The notes below the pieces were generated by a model. That model worked only from the letters and a program-made list of their open reading frames with translations. It did not search any database and was not told the DNA's origin. A stretch of 64,000 nt of DNA, taken from NCBI RefSeq assembly GCF_009914755.1, contig NC_060928.1; one strand, 5' to 3'. Positions 1-12,893 of this stretch are shown here, piece by piece. The translations under genes were made by a program, and so were the position numbers. This stretch comes from the human T2T-CHM13v2.0 reference genome, Homo sapiens. Each line of letters starts with the position of its first letter. Within the stretch, counting starts at the first letter, position 1.

Positions 1-2519
1 AATAAATGATTTCTGCAAAGATGGGTAATTGAGGTAACACCAGAGAAATATACACACCTACAAAATAAAAGCTAAAAAATCTTACCTTATTTCTGGGTCT
101 TTAAATGTGGTGTATAACCTGTTAGAAACATGAGTATTGGTCAAACATGCTATGATGAGCTGGTTCTTCTCACTATCTGCCTAAGACCAAAACATAACTC
201 TGGGCTTTGCAGAAATCCCTAAATGCCTCTCTAGGCTCATTCTTGCCTCTTTGCATCATAATTCACAATGCATGTGAGAAAGTTCTAATTTCTTAGTTTC
301 CCTTGGCTCACTTGTTGCATGGAGGGAGCCACCAACTGGAGGCAGCAGCCCTAGGCTGTTGGAATGGCTGCAGTGGGTCTGTCTTTGAAGTCTTACCCTG
401 CAGTTATCTCTCATTGCACCAGGCAGGCTGTAAGCAAGCCCGTTGCATGCAGCTGTCACCATTTAAGCCAGCATGCGTTTGAAGATGTGCCGCCCCTCAC
501 CCCTTGTGAGGGAAGCCAGAATAGAACAAAGTGTGGTGTTCCCATGAAATCATCTGAGTGCTTGATAAGAGTGTGAGTCTGCACCTTTTCCCCTTGACGG
601 AAGGAGGTTGGGAGAAGGGGTCAGGGAGGAGACAAAGCTCATATTACCTCCTCTTTGCAAATGTCCTACACAGGTAGCTGTAACTGCCACACTTTAAGGC
701 AGTTCTTGATGGTTCTTGTTGACAAAAGTGTGCATATGGTAGAGATGGTGATGATGGCAGTGGGAGGGAGGTGTGAGGGGAAGACAGGTCTCAGGATTTC
801 TGGTGGACTCGTCATGTGGGCCCTTACCAAGCAATTTTTCTCACCTCTTCCCTTCCTTGTTCAGAGCACAGTTGAGACCCCAAATCTTCACGCTGCTGTC
901 GAACATATGTTCTAGAGGAGTGGTGAGATAATGTCGCAGCCGTTGAGGCAGTAAGCATTGGCTGTGGTTTTTGATTTCCTCACCATGTCTTTATCACTTG
1001 ATGAATGTATTAGTCTGTTTTACCCCTGGAGTAGGAGCTAGGACATTTTTGCCATCTCTTTTTCCCCACTCCCATGCTTCATCTCTTAAAAGAAAGTGGC
1101 TGCTCAGAAGAGCACTGAATTTACCCAGACCTCCCAAACATCCCGTCAAAAGCTTCTTCCTTCTGGGTTGATTTATCTGTTGCTGCAAATATGATACCAC
1201 ACATGGAGAACTGGCGCTTGGCCTCTGAGAGCAGCTCCTTGTAACAAAACTATTTACAGGATCCAGGCAGGGGCGAGGCGCGGGCAATGCGCTGGAGGGT
1301 CCGACGTTTGCTTTCACTGACCAGCTGTCCTGCTTGGTGAGCTGCCCTTGCGGCTGACTTCACAGAGAAGCCAAGCAACCAAGAGCAAATTGCTCATTTT
1401 ACAAACAAAAATGCAGACAGTAGGAGAGCCTGTATAAGCTGAGTTACAAATTGCTGTCAGGCCTGCGTGGGCAGTTGGCAGTCAAGAATGGAGCCTCAGG
1501 TTCTCTGCCTGAGGGGAAGGAAGGGAAGATTCCTGTTATTCACACTGGAAGGACAGTGGAGGAATTCCTGGTATGAGAATTGTCCGCCTCTCTCTGCATC
1601 TGCAGACACCATGTGGCTGGCCTGTTGGTGGCCGGGGAGATTACATAAAGGGTTGGAAAGCTCACAGTCTTTGTGAAGGATAAACATCTTCCCTCTGCCA
1701 CCAAAGCAGTAGCAATTGTGGTTCCAGGATGGGAGGTTTCAAAACAAAAATAGGCCAATGCTATTGGCATTGCATTGCCTTCAACAAGATACCATCAGCT
1801 CTCATCAGAGAGCAGTTTACTAGTTTCTGGATAACCCGGGCCTTTATTCTTCCCTCCCTACTCAGGCAGAATCCTAGAAAGGAACTGAAATTTGATCTGG
1901 GCAATTTTTCTATTTGTAAGTACTTTATAGAAAAGGGTTGGCTACAGAAATGACTCGAGCTACTGACCAGAATTCAGTTTATACATGATGTGTGTCTCTA
2001 AGTGGCATTGTCCTCTTGGAGAGAATTCTGAGAGCAATCAAAAGGCTTGGCCAAGCAGGTCCTGGGTCTCTCCATCCACTCCTTTCAGCTTGAGTCCAGT
2101 GAAACCTAGAGCAGGGTTGGCTCATTCCTACTTTAGCATTTTTGGTTCTCAGAGACATCCTGTGTTCCCTCTCAAAGCTCTGGGCAATCTGAGGAACTTC
2201 TGGGACCCTCTTGCTACAAGGTGTGTCATAGTCTTGGTAAAAGTAGCCCCCAGAGTCAAGAAGTTCTCTGAGGATTAGGAACACCCAGGATGAATGGTTG
2301 TCTGAACTTGCTGATTCCAATCAGTATATAAGAGGTTGGGTGGGTACAAGGCTATTTCTGGGGAGAAATGACAGGAAGACCATGAGTCACTCATAGAACT
2401 CATACTCTTCATCGACTCTGAAACGCATCACAGAGGGAGTGTGGCACACTTCGCTGGGCTGTACACTCCAAATCTCTCAATTCACATACTTCTGTTCAAT
2501 CTGTGGTGTCAGAATGAGG

Positions 2520-2730
2520 CCAGGAGAGTTCAGGCTGCAAAAAACCTGGGTTTGAATTCTAAATTTTCCACTTAATGGATGTTGTTTATCCTTTCTGAGA
2601 GACACGCTTGTGTGATCTCTAAAATGGGGACAGTCATATCTATCTTAGAGAACTGGTGAGTACAATAAATTAGGTAAAGCTTATAAGGTCTAGCACCATG
2701 CCAGGCATATAATAAACACCCAACAAATGT
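2520..2730 (+). mobile_element. MIR SINE (degenerate)
   Basis: MIR-like motifs cctgggtttgaattct, taaaatgggga and ctagcaccatgccaggcata; boundaries approximate. Confidence 0.6.
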
Positions 2731-3269
2731 AATCTTCTCCTTTTTATCTCCTATTCTCCCATGTCCAAGATCAATTAAGAATAGGCAATGAAATATGGCT
2801 TTTTATTAGTTATTTGAGACATTAATCTTAAAGTCAAGCTAAACTAGATCAGTCTGAGAGGAAAAGAATGGGTGACATGCATAAAGCCACCCAGTAATCT
2901 CCTAGGTCTCACATCCAGCATGTGTATTTAAAGCAGAGGCTGAACAAGTGAATCAAGGGCAGCCGTGCACGCAGGTGGTTTTCATTAGGCATGGGTGGCT
3001 GTATAATTTGGAGAAGGTTCAGGGCAGGCTATCCAGTCCCATGAGGGGGATGTGGATAAAGGGTAAGGGGTAGGCCAGAGACTAACCCCTGGGGAAACGG
3101 GGTGTAGAGTAAGACTCATTCATAGGAGAAAAAGGGCAGGAACCTAATTATTGGGGAATTCGAAATCCCCTAAGACAGAGCAATTCTGACCTTATTAACG
3201 ACCTAGGAGTTTCAAATTAAAACACACACACAACTATGAAATGAGGGTGATATAGCTTTCCTATAATAT

Positions 3270-3545
3270 GTAGAAAAAGAACTTAAGATTTTATTTGACT
3301 CAGTATGAGTCAATAGTGTGATATGGCCATACATTCTGGGTAGCACTTACCAAAAGTATCATCTCTAGCTCTAGAAAGAGGACAGCCCTGCTTTGTTGGA
3401 GTGCCCAGAGACACTGAGCACATCGGTAGGTGAGCAATGAGATGAGGGGGTCGGAAGCTGACCCATGTGGTGAAGGAACTTGGGAGGTTTAGTCTAAAAA
3501 AAAAAAATCAAGAGCACTTAATACTTATCTTCGACTATCTGAAAG
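3270..3545 (+). mobile_element. L3/CR1 LINE fragment
   Basis: tatgagtcaatagtgtgatatggc and gaaggaacttgggaggtttagtct resemble the CR1/L3 3' region as recalled; boundaries approximate. Confidence 0.45.
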
Positions 3546-3549
3546 AAAG

Positions 3550-3965
3550 TGTATCAGTCAGGGCTTGTGGCTGCTAACAACAGAAATGGATTCTGTCTAA
3601 CATAGTCAAAAAAGAAAGTTGTGGGAAGGTTATTGGGTGACTTGTGGGATCATTGGAAAACTAGGGAACCTGGAGGGGAAATCACACAAGAGCCAAGGGA
3701 GGCTGGCAGCAGAAGATAGAACTGTGGTTACTTTCTAGCCCGGTTGCTGCCCCCGGGACCACCTCTACCACACGCTTGGGGCCACTGTTGCTAGGCCTTT
3801 CTCTGCTTCCACAGATAGTCTTGGACTGTCTCCCCCTGCCCCATATTACAAATCCTACTCAGAGCTTTCAAATGGCTAATGGCCATGCACTTGCTATCTA
3901 AGAGTGAGCAGAAGGAATACCCAGCCCCCTTTGGCTTCCATGGTGAGAAGTAGGGCCCTGCCTCC
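3550..3965. mobile_element. Old MaLR LTR (MLT1 family)
   Basis: Begins tgtatcagtcaggg...gctaacaacagaaa, typical of an MLT1 LTR end; highly diverged. Confidence 0.5.
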
Positions 3966-4033
3966 CTCTAAGATGTATATAATTGAGACTAATTCCAAGA
4001 GAAGGAGAGGGTTAGGGGCCTGGGCAGACATGA

Positions 4034-4494
<461 letters not shown>

Positions 4495-6339
4495 CTCAAA
4501 ATGTTTTTCTAATGAACACAATGAGGCTAACATAACTGAGCTGCTTTTGGTGGTGGTGAGTGTCTCATTCCTGGCAGAATGCAGGAGAGGGCTGGTGACT
4601 ACTTGGTGAAAATTTTCCTCTGTAATAATACATTTATAGTCATAAACCATCTAATAAAAGACCAATGCATTTATCTCTAAGTTTTTGTGTCTAAATTACA
4701 ACAGAGGAAGAGAATATTCTAGAAATTATCCTATGGATTTTAAACCCTGGACCTTAAAACAACTCACATATGCCTAGGTGCAAGTGCAGAAAAAGCAATG
4801 ACTCTCTTAAGGATGAGGGGTGGGTAAGCGAGCGGGTGGTGAGCATGTGTTTTCTTCTTCCCCAGGAGTGTATGACACTACCTAAGCCAGGCATAGGCAT
4901 ATCTGAGGTGTGGAAAGTTTCAGACTATAAAATCGGTCCCTAAAACCTCCAAAAGACTGGTAGATAGAAATGGGCTGGGGTTAGAGGAAAGGGAGAGAGA
5001 ATACTTCTATTGCTCCTGATGCCAAAGACAGATTTTCCACCCTCCTCCTGCTTCCCCATCTTCCCACCTCAAAGGGCGACACTGGCAGCTAATTGCACCT
5101 GGCACCCATGGAGTGACACTTGGGGTCATTGATGTTTGGCCATGCCTCTGCCCAGTCTCTTTACTTTGTTTGCTTGGGCCAATTTCTTCTCTGTTGCCCA
5201 TAAATATTTACAGCTCCTACATGCCCTTGCAAATTGGATTAATCTTAGCATATTTCTGGGACAGTGATGCCCCTGTCCAACCTTAGTTCTAAGGAATAGG
5301 CAGAAGCTTTTTTTTTTCTTTTTACTGAGTGAAAAGCAAAAGGGGAGAAAGAGAGAGAGAGAATGAGAGGGGAGAAATATGGGGGTGGGGTTGGAGGAAA
5401 GGGTGAAAAGAAGGGAAGAAGAAACAGAAGAAGGCAGGGAGAAAGGGAGAACAAATATGAAAATATTTTAAATGTTGGCCAAATGTCAAAGGAAATATGT
5501 GTTCAATGTTTGGGGAGCAAATCAGGAAAATGGGACTTGCTCAGGGATAGTATCAGTGCTCAGGTCACGGTTGAGATTAGGATGGGTGTAGAAATAGATA
5601 GTACCGTAATCTCAGTTCTAGAGAATGATGTCAATTACCTGAATCTTCCTCCATAGGTAAGAGAAGGAAAGAAATGTCTCACAATCCTTAGGATATTCTG
5701 GAAGTAAAAGCACTGATAAAGAAGTTTCAGAGCAAGGTTATTAGTGTGAATAATTACCATAATCATTCAGGTTTTATTTAGATTCATATGGTATCTTCGG
5801 AAGTGGAATTTTAAAGCAGTTGAACTGCCAGGCACTCCTTCCTTGCAAATTTCAAACTGCCTGAGGTTTCTATATTTTCAGATATTTACCATTTTCTGTT
5901 AAAAAAAAATGCCTTCCCTGAAATGTTGACTGTTAGCGAAATTTATCTTTTCCTTCAGTCTTCACAGGAATGTAGGCGATTAGCCACGGAGCCCTTCTCT
6001 GTCTAGCATCAGGCATCAGACGCCCAACTATACAGAGGCCATTTGAATGGAACTGCAGAATAATCTTCAGAAGAAAAAGCAAGCTCACATGAGTGGCAGC
6101 AGCCCATTGTGCTGAGTTAAAGACGCTGGAGAGAGTCTGGTTGGCGGTGGGGAGGTGTGGTGTTGATGACAATGATGGGGCCGTGGCTGGAGAGGTTAAT
6201 GTCAGTCTCACAGACCCTGTGTAATTAGTATTCCTTATTACATCCTAATTAAAGACCCTTAACATCTTAAAATTTTAAGTATTTTTGTTTTGTTAGAAGC
6301 AGAAGACATTTAAATCCTTTAAACCCAAACACTATTGGG

Positions 6340-6560
6340 AACTCCAATATATAAAACCAATAATATCCAAAATTTATATAGCATTTTCTGTGTATGAGGT
6401 TTTATTTATACTAATGTATTTAATCTCCATAACCCTATAAAAAGTATTATTGTCATCTCTACTTACAGGTGTGGAAATTGAGTAACAGAAAAATTAACTT
6501 GCCAAGATAACACAGCTAGTAAATAGTAGAGCTGTGATTTGAAGCCAGGCAGTGAACTTC
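6340..6560 (-). mobile_element. MIR SINE
   Basis: atttaatctccataaccctat...acaggtgtggaaattgag...acttgccaagataacacagctagtaaatagtagagctgtgatttgaagccagg. Confidence 0.7.
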
Positions 6561-7054
6561 AGAAATCCTTTCTGTTGATGTGGGGAGTGGAGGACTCCAG
6601 ACCCTGCCCATTTGGCCTTGCCTCGTCTCTTTTTACTCTAGAAAATGCTGTGGCTCTATCAAATACAGCTCAAAAAGCTACTCATCCAGTTCAACTCTCT
6701 CCTTTGAAAGATGAAGATATTGAGACCCAGAGAGGTAAAGTGACTTCTCTAAAATCTCACAATTAGCAAAACAAGGTTATTTACATCTTGTTCCTTAGGT
6801 TAAAGACTCACCTGATTTTTCTCTCTCTACAAGCAGATTGTGCATATTTTCTGTTGAAAAAAAAATTCCTTAAGGGTGTATAACGGCATCCTAAAGAGAG
6901 CTTAGATGGATGCAGGAATCTGATGAATGTCCAAAAGATCAAAGAGGAGCTTGGGGGAAAACCCAAAATTAACTCAATTATCTCTTGCACTTCCTCCTAC
7001 TTGTTGTATGAAGCATAGAATAAGACTAGTGCAAAGGAGACCCGTCATAAATTC

Positions 7055-7196
7055 TCATCATTCACTTATCCAGCAAATAATTATTCAGAGCCCACTATGT
7101 GTCATGAGTTGTACACACACAGGTACATACTGTGTGTCACATACTAGACACTGGGACACAGCAGAGAGTAAGTCAAGTCCCTGCCCTCATAGAGCT
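7055..7196 (-). mobile_element. L2 3' fragment
   Basis: cattcacttatccagcaaataatt...gagcccactatgtg...gtccctgccctcatagagct is the L2 3' end reverse-complemented. Confidence 0.6.
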
Positions 7197-7682
7197 GTTG
7201 GATGACATAAATGAAAAAGTCCAGGGTGATTTCAGTCTTCAGGAATGGTCTGATCAGGGCTCTGCTTTTTTCTCTCAGCCCTGGCTCTCCTCTGAGTACT
7301 AGCACCTGTGGAAGGACTAACTGACTCTACCTGGAGATGGTCTTTAGAGGGCTTTGAGCCAGTCTGTAGCCTGGCCAGCTACCTCACAGCTGTGTGTCAT
7401 TGGCCACTGCAGACCAAGTGAGAGGATGGAGGACCTAGAACAAATCCATTGCTGTTTTGGAGACGTTCTTGTCTTCCTCACGATGAATTAGAGGATTAAT
7501 TTTTTTTTAACTGTAACAATTTTAAGCTCTGTGTCTCACTTCATGTTTATGTAGTGAGTACATGTTATATCTTTCATTTCTATGGAAGCATATAGGAAAT
7601 TTTCAGGGACTGATAGCCTATGTTTCTGTTCATAAACTCACTAAGCGATGGTCTGTTGGATGAAAACTCCAATACTTGATGA

Positions 7683-7974
<292 letters not shown>

Positions 7975-8119
7975 TGGGATTTTCAGATTCAGTTCTAGAG
8001 CATGCCGATGACACAAACTTTAGTAACAGAAATGTGGTGATTAATAATGTTATATTTTAATGTGGACTAAATTATATGTAATGATGTAATCATTTTAAAA
8101 ATATTTATTGAACCATTTT

Positions 8120-8600
8120 TTGTGTTCGTTTGGAAGCTTTTGATTGCAAATAACTGAAACTGAGTTCATGGTGGCTGAAGATAGTCTGTTAAAGATAATC
8201 TGTTGGGAGGCGTAAATGGGAAAGTCCAGGGTGATTTCAATCTTCAGGAATGGTCTGATCAGGACTCTGATTTTTTACAGTTCTCTCATCTCTGGCTCTC
8301 CTCTGGGTGTTACCTTTATTTTCAGGCTGGCTTTTCTCCCGGTAGAAGAATGGCTGTCTTACTTTGCAGCTCATATTCACTCTCAGAAATTCTTCCTCCC
8401 TCTGGAAGAATTTATCCTCAAATCAGCAAACAAAGGTCTGTGCTTCACTCCTGTTGAACCAGCTTAGGTCATGTGCCTTCTTTTTCAAACCAGTCACTGT
8501 GGATAGGAAATCAGGATCATACTCCTTGGAGTTGGAGGAGAGGTAGGCAAACCCATACAAACCACAAAGCTGCTCTGCAATGGAGGGGAGGTGCGCAATG
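8120..8600. mobile_element. Old MaLR LTR (MLT1J/K-like)
   Basis: tgattgcaaataactgaaact...aagtccagggtg...cttcaggaatgg...ttaggtcatgtgcc...aaccagtcactgtg are recalled MLT1J/K landmarks. Confidence 0.55.
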
Positions 8601-8714
8601 CTGGGAAGCAACACAATTCCACTTCAAAAAATACACTGTGCTAGGCTTTGAGGTTACCACAGTGGACAATCCAGTCTAGACAAACACGCATAAACAGATC
8701 TTTAAAACATTCAT

Positions 8715-9016
8715 GGCTGAGCACGGCAGCTCACACCTATAATCCCAGCACCTTGGGAGGCTGAGGCAGGCAGATCACGAGGTCAAGAGATGGAGACCAT
8801 CCTGGCCAACATGGTGAAACCCCATCTCTACTAAAAATACAAAAATTAGCTGGGCGTGGTGGTACACACCTGTAGTCCCAGCTACTCAGGAGGCTGAGAC
8901 AGGAGAATCGTTGAACCCAGGAGGTGGAGGTTGCAGTGAGTAGAGATCGCGCAACTGCACTGCAGCCTGGTGACAAAGAGGGACTCTGTTCAAAACAACA
9001 ACAACAACAACAACAA
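8715..9016 (+). mobile_element. AluSc-like with (CAA)n tail
   Basis: gatcacgaggtcaagagat..gaccatcctggccaacatggtg; tail (caa)n; flanks aacattcat / aaattcat. Confidence 0.92.
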
Positions 9017-12000
9017 ATTCATAGCACAAGTTTGAGAGGGAGGGGGCACATGAGGTGGGGCAAAACTCCAAACTGTTGCTCTGATATTTCTAGAATGATT
9101 TCCTAGTTCACAGTACACCATGAAGGAATTGCACTGGGAGTCAGAGGGCTTGTTTATTTACACCTCCAACAAATAGACTGTGTATGAGACAGAATTAGAG
9201 GAGGTTCACTATGAGAATTTATAAGCTTTCTATTTGATTCTGCTTTAGATTTTCAGTAGGAAGCAATTAAGCATCAATAATAGAATATATTTACATATTT
9301 GGGAAAATTGATCCAGGCGATTGCTTTGTGTCTTAAACCTAAGTCTTAAGCAGGCTGCTTTTGCCTGGGCATGGCAAAGGGAAGGAGAGTGTGAGAGTGT
9401 GCCACGGAGCTATTTCTCTTGTTGTCTGGAAATGTTCTCTGCAGCACACTGTGTCTGTAGAGTTTACCAACTTGGCAGCAGGCAGGGGAGACAGGACAAT
9501 CACTAGTGAGTCCACCGCAACAGTAGGGCTGGAAGTGGGATGAGAACTAAAGGGGGAATCCTGAAAATTCAGTTTCTCACGAGTATGCCTGGGGGTATGC
9601 AGGCCCTGTCTATTCAGTAGGTACATGTTGTATATTTCATGGAAGCGTGCTCTCTTCCTGAAAATCTTTAAATTGCTGTCTGAGTAACACTTGTGAGCTG
9701 CATTTTGTAGATTTCTAAATTATATGCTGCTGTAGCATAAACAGTGATCTTTGTCTTATTCACAGTCTTAACAAAGACTCATAGAAAGACAGCACAAGAA
9801 TTTTGATGCTCTAGGGTGATAATACCAAATCTTATTCAACGAGGCCTCATAGAAGTCAGTGCCCTGTCTCTAGTCCATCATTACTACTGCTATGGCTGTT
9901 ACTGCCAAGGCAGGCACACCAATTATTTATCAGCTTATTTTGAGATTCTTGGTCAACTCTGAGAGAACTATAAAGATGTGAAAAATTAGGTATTGAGGTT
10001 GAGAGGGAAAAAAAGAAGAGTTATGCCAAATGTCCATTTTATAAAATTCCATTTAGAACAAATTGTGCATTTTTCCAATGAATCATCATTATAAAATTGG
10101 TAATTTGGTACAATGTTTCCATTTTACTAAGGGAAATAAGTACTAGTGGATCTCAGACGACTTGACAAAGGAGAAATCTTTTCAGAGAGGGGAACAGGGT
10201 TCCTTTCACTGCCTAGTGTCAGATCTTATAATCCCCCTAGTTAATAGAACTACGGATGTCCTCAAAGAAACAAAGGGATAGCATTCTGCCCTATTAAATG
10301 TGTTTCTGCATTAATCTAGGAATTGTTTGTTGATAACCAAATGCATAGCAACTATATTTAAATTTCAGAAAATTACAATTAGGTGTCTTTGAATAAAGAC
10401 GAAGAAGAAAGAAAGGAACCGAAAGCTATTAAGTGGAGCTTCTAAAGTCGTGGCTAGGTGCTATTTCAAAACAAACATGTCAGCACCATCCCAGTTAAAG
10501 TAGATCAAACCTTCCAGTTTCTTCAGGAGTTGTACTTGGAATATGAAATGGGAATTTTGTTTAGGGTTTTTCAGGTGCGATGTTTTTTAAAAATTTTGCA
10601 AGTAATATTTTCAATGCAGTTGCTTTTGAACAGGGCAGCGGGGGAAGCCAAGTTAGGTTAACAGATCAACCATAGAAAATTCAATAGGGTCTTTTGCTAG
10701 GCGAGAGGGAGCCTGTGGCTTTGCCATGTGGTCGTGCGGCTCCACCGAGTTGCTTTGCCTGTTTTGCAGGGGTTTGTGGTGTGTGGATTCACTGACACTT
10801 TGGTGGCGGGAGGCTGACGATGGCTCTTCGGCGGGCTCAGCCGGCTTGGCACAGTCTCAGCTCTGGGAAGTCCACGCTGCTTTACAAAGAGCAGGTGGGC
10901 GAGAAAGCTCAACACTGCAGGGCAGATTGTGCAGCTGTGAGAGGTGGAATTCCCCTCAAAAGGATCGGCACTGCTTTGAAAATAAATTCATCATTAAATA
11001 GAAGGATTTCTGAAGCAGTAGACGAACACAGGGCTTGATTGGTTTCAAATTAACTCTTTGTACTCATCTTTCATTCATCCTTTAAGAGAATGTCTCTGCT
11101 TTTTCCAGAGAGGTAGCACAAATAATCCTTGACATCTTTTCGAGGAGGAGAGTGGTTCGCTGGAGCACTTATGCCCCTGCATCTGCTTTCCATTCCCCCT
11201 GCATCTTGCTGCGCTCAAGCGTGGCAGGGAGGGACCCTCACTGCAATTCAGGCGCTCTGTTGTGCTTCATGTTCAGTATTTTTTTAAAAGTGGGATTTGC
11301 TTTTCCCTGGAAGGAGAGTCTAGGCTTACGCTGAAGGTTAGAGGGAAGGGTGGCATTTTCCTCTCCCCTTTCCGTGTCATCCCCTCTTTCTAGGTCAGGG
11401 TCTGCACTCCTCCCTTGGCCTCCCTCTCCCTCCTCCCTAGGAGCTAAGAATGGCCTTGCTTCTGTTCTTGCTGCTAATTTACAGCCTTTTCTCTCCCCGT
11501 GGAAAATATCTGCTAACACCGTCTTCTCTGGGGGAGACTATTTATATATCTGTTAAAAGTGTCTTTCCTCCATAAATCCCATAAACAATTAAATGCGTAG
11601 CATGATAGCCTGTGGAAACCTTTCTGGCTACTTAAGCGAAGTTTCCTAATCCTTTTCTACAGCAACCCAGACCCAAGCGCCGTGGCCCATTCATCTGCTG
11701 TTGCTCCTCAAGCACTTTGATCTCGGGGCTTCATTACAGCTCATTTCAGCATTAAGGATGATCTGAATTCATGAGCTCTTCCCTTCCTAATAAGTGCCAT
11801 TCATATCCATCCTCAGGAGCGACCACAGCTCACGGGAAACTGGTTCAAACCACACGTGAAAGAATAATGGACTAGCTTCAAACACAAGTGAAAAATGGGG
11901 TTTTTATTAACCAAATGAACCTTTGAATAAAATGCTTCATTAAATAGAGGATTCTCATTTTCAGGGCACTGTTAAATCTACCAGTTGCCATGCTGAGATT

Positions 12001-12624
12001 GGTAAGTGTGATTATTTCATTTTTTTTTTCCAGGTGGATACCCTGAGGTGGAGAAGAGACTGAATATGCCCACTGCATCCAAAGCAAGGCTGGAGCTGAC
12101 TTGAGCTTACTTGGCTTCATAAAGCTTGAACACCATAGATGCTTTTATATGTCTTTTCTGTTCGATTACTCTGGATAGAGTGTGCTACTCCTAACACAAA
12201 GCAAAACCAAACCAAAAAACAAACCTCTCTTTTTCATTTCCTTAAAGAAAAAAGAAATTTAATTTGGATTCAGATAATACCCTTATAACTTCTAAGGCAG
12301 TCAAGCAAGGAGGGGAACAGATAATTAGGAGATGATGGGAGCCAGCACAAAGCCAAATGGAAGAAAACAGGCACACAGTAAGGCGGCAAAAGCCACCACC
12401 TAATCCATTAACAGCCTGCACTATAATTACGCTTGGCTCTGGCATTAAACTGGTGAAAGCACAAAGGAGACACTATTAAAGTCTTAATTCCCACAAAAGG
12501 AAGCTCATCCTGTGTAACAGCAAGTACTGTGCACCAAAGCGGCACCTAAATGAATATTATGGCAAATTCTAATTTAGCACTTAGTAGGAGCATTCCACAA
12601 AATTGCAAAAATAAAGAGGAAGAA

Positions 12625-12893
12625 AGCTGAACGTGGTAATTCATGCCTGGAGTCCCAGCTACTCAGGAGGCTGAGGCAGGAGGATTGCCTGAGCCCAAGA
12701 GTTTGAGGCTAGCCTGGACAACATAGCAAGACTTTCATCTCTACACAAAATTATTAGCTGGATGTGGTGGCATGTACCTGTAGTACCAGCTGGTCGAGAG
12801 GCTGAGACAAGAAGATTGCTTGAGCCCAGGAGTTCAAAGTCAGCCTGGGCAACATAGCGAGACCCTGTTTCTCAAAAATAATTAGAAAAATAA
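12625..12893 (+). mobile_element. Atypical Alu dimer of two short FLAM-like monomers
   Basis: Two tandem ~130-nt 7SL-derived monomers, neither with the right-arm gcagtgagc..cactgcact insert; flanks ataaagaggaagaaa / ataaaggagaagaaa. Confidence 0.75.
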
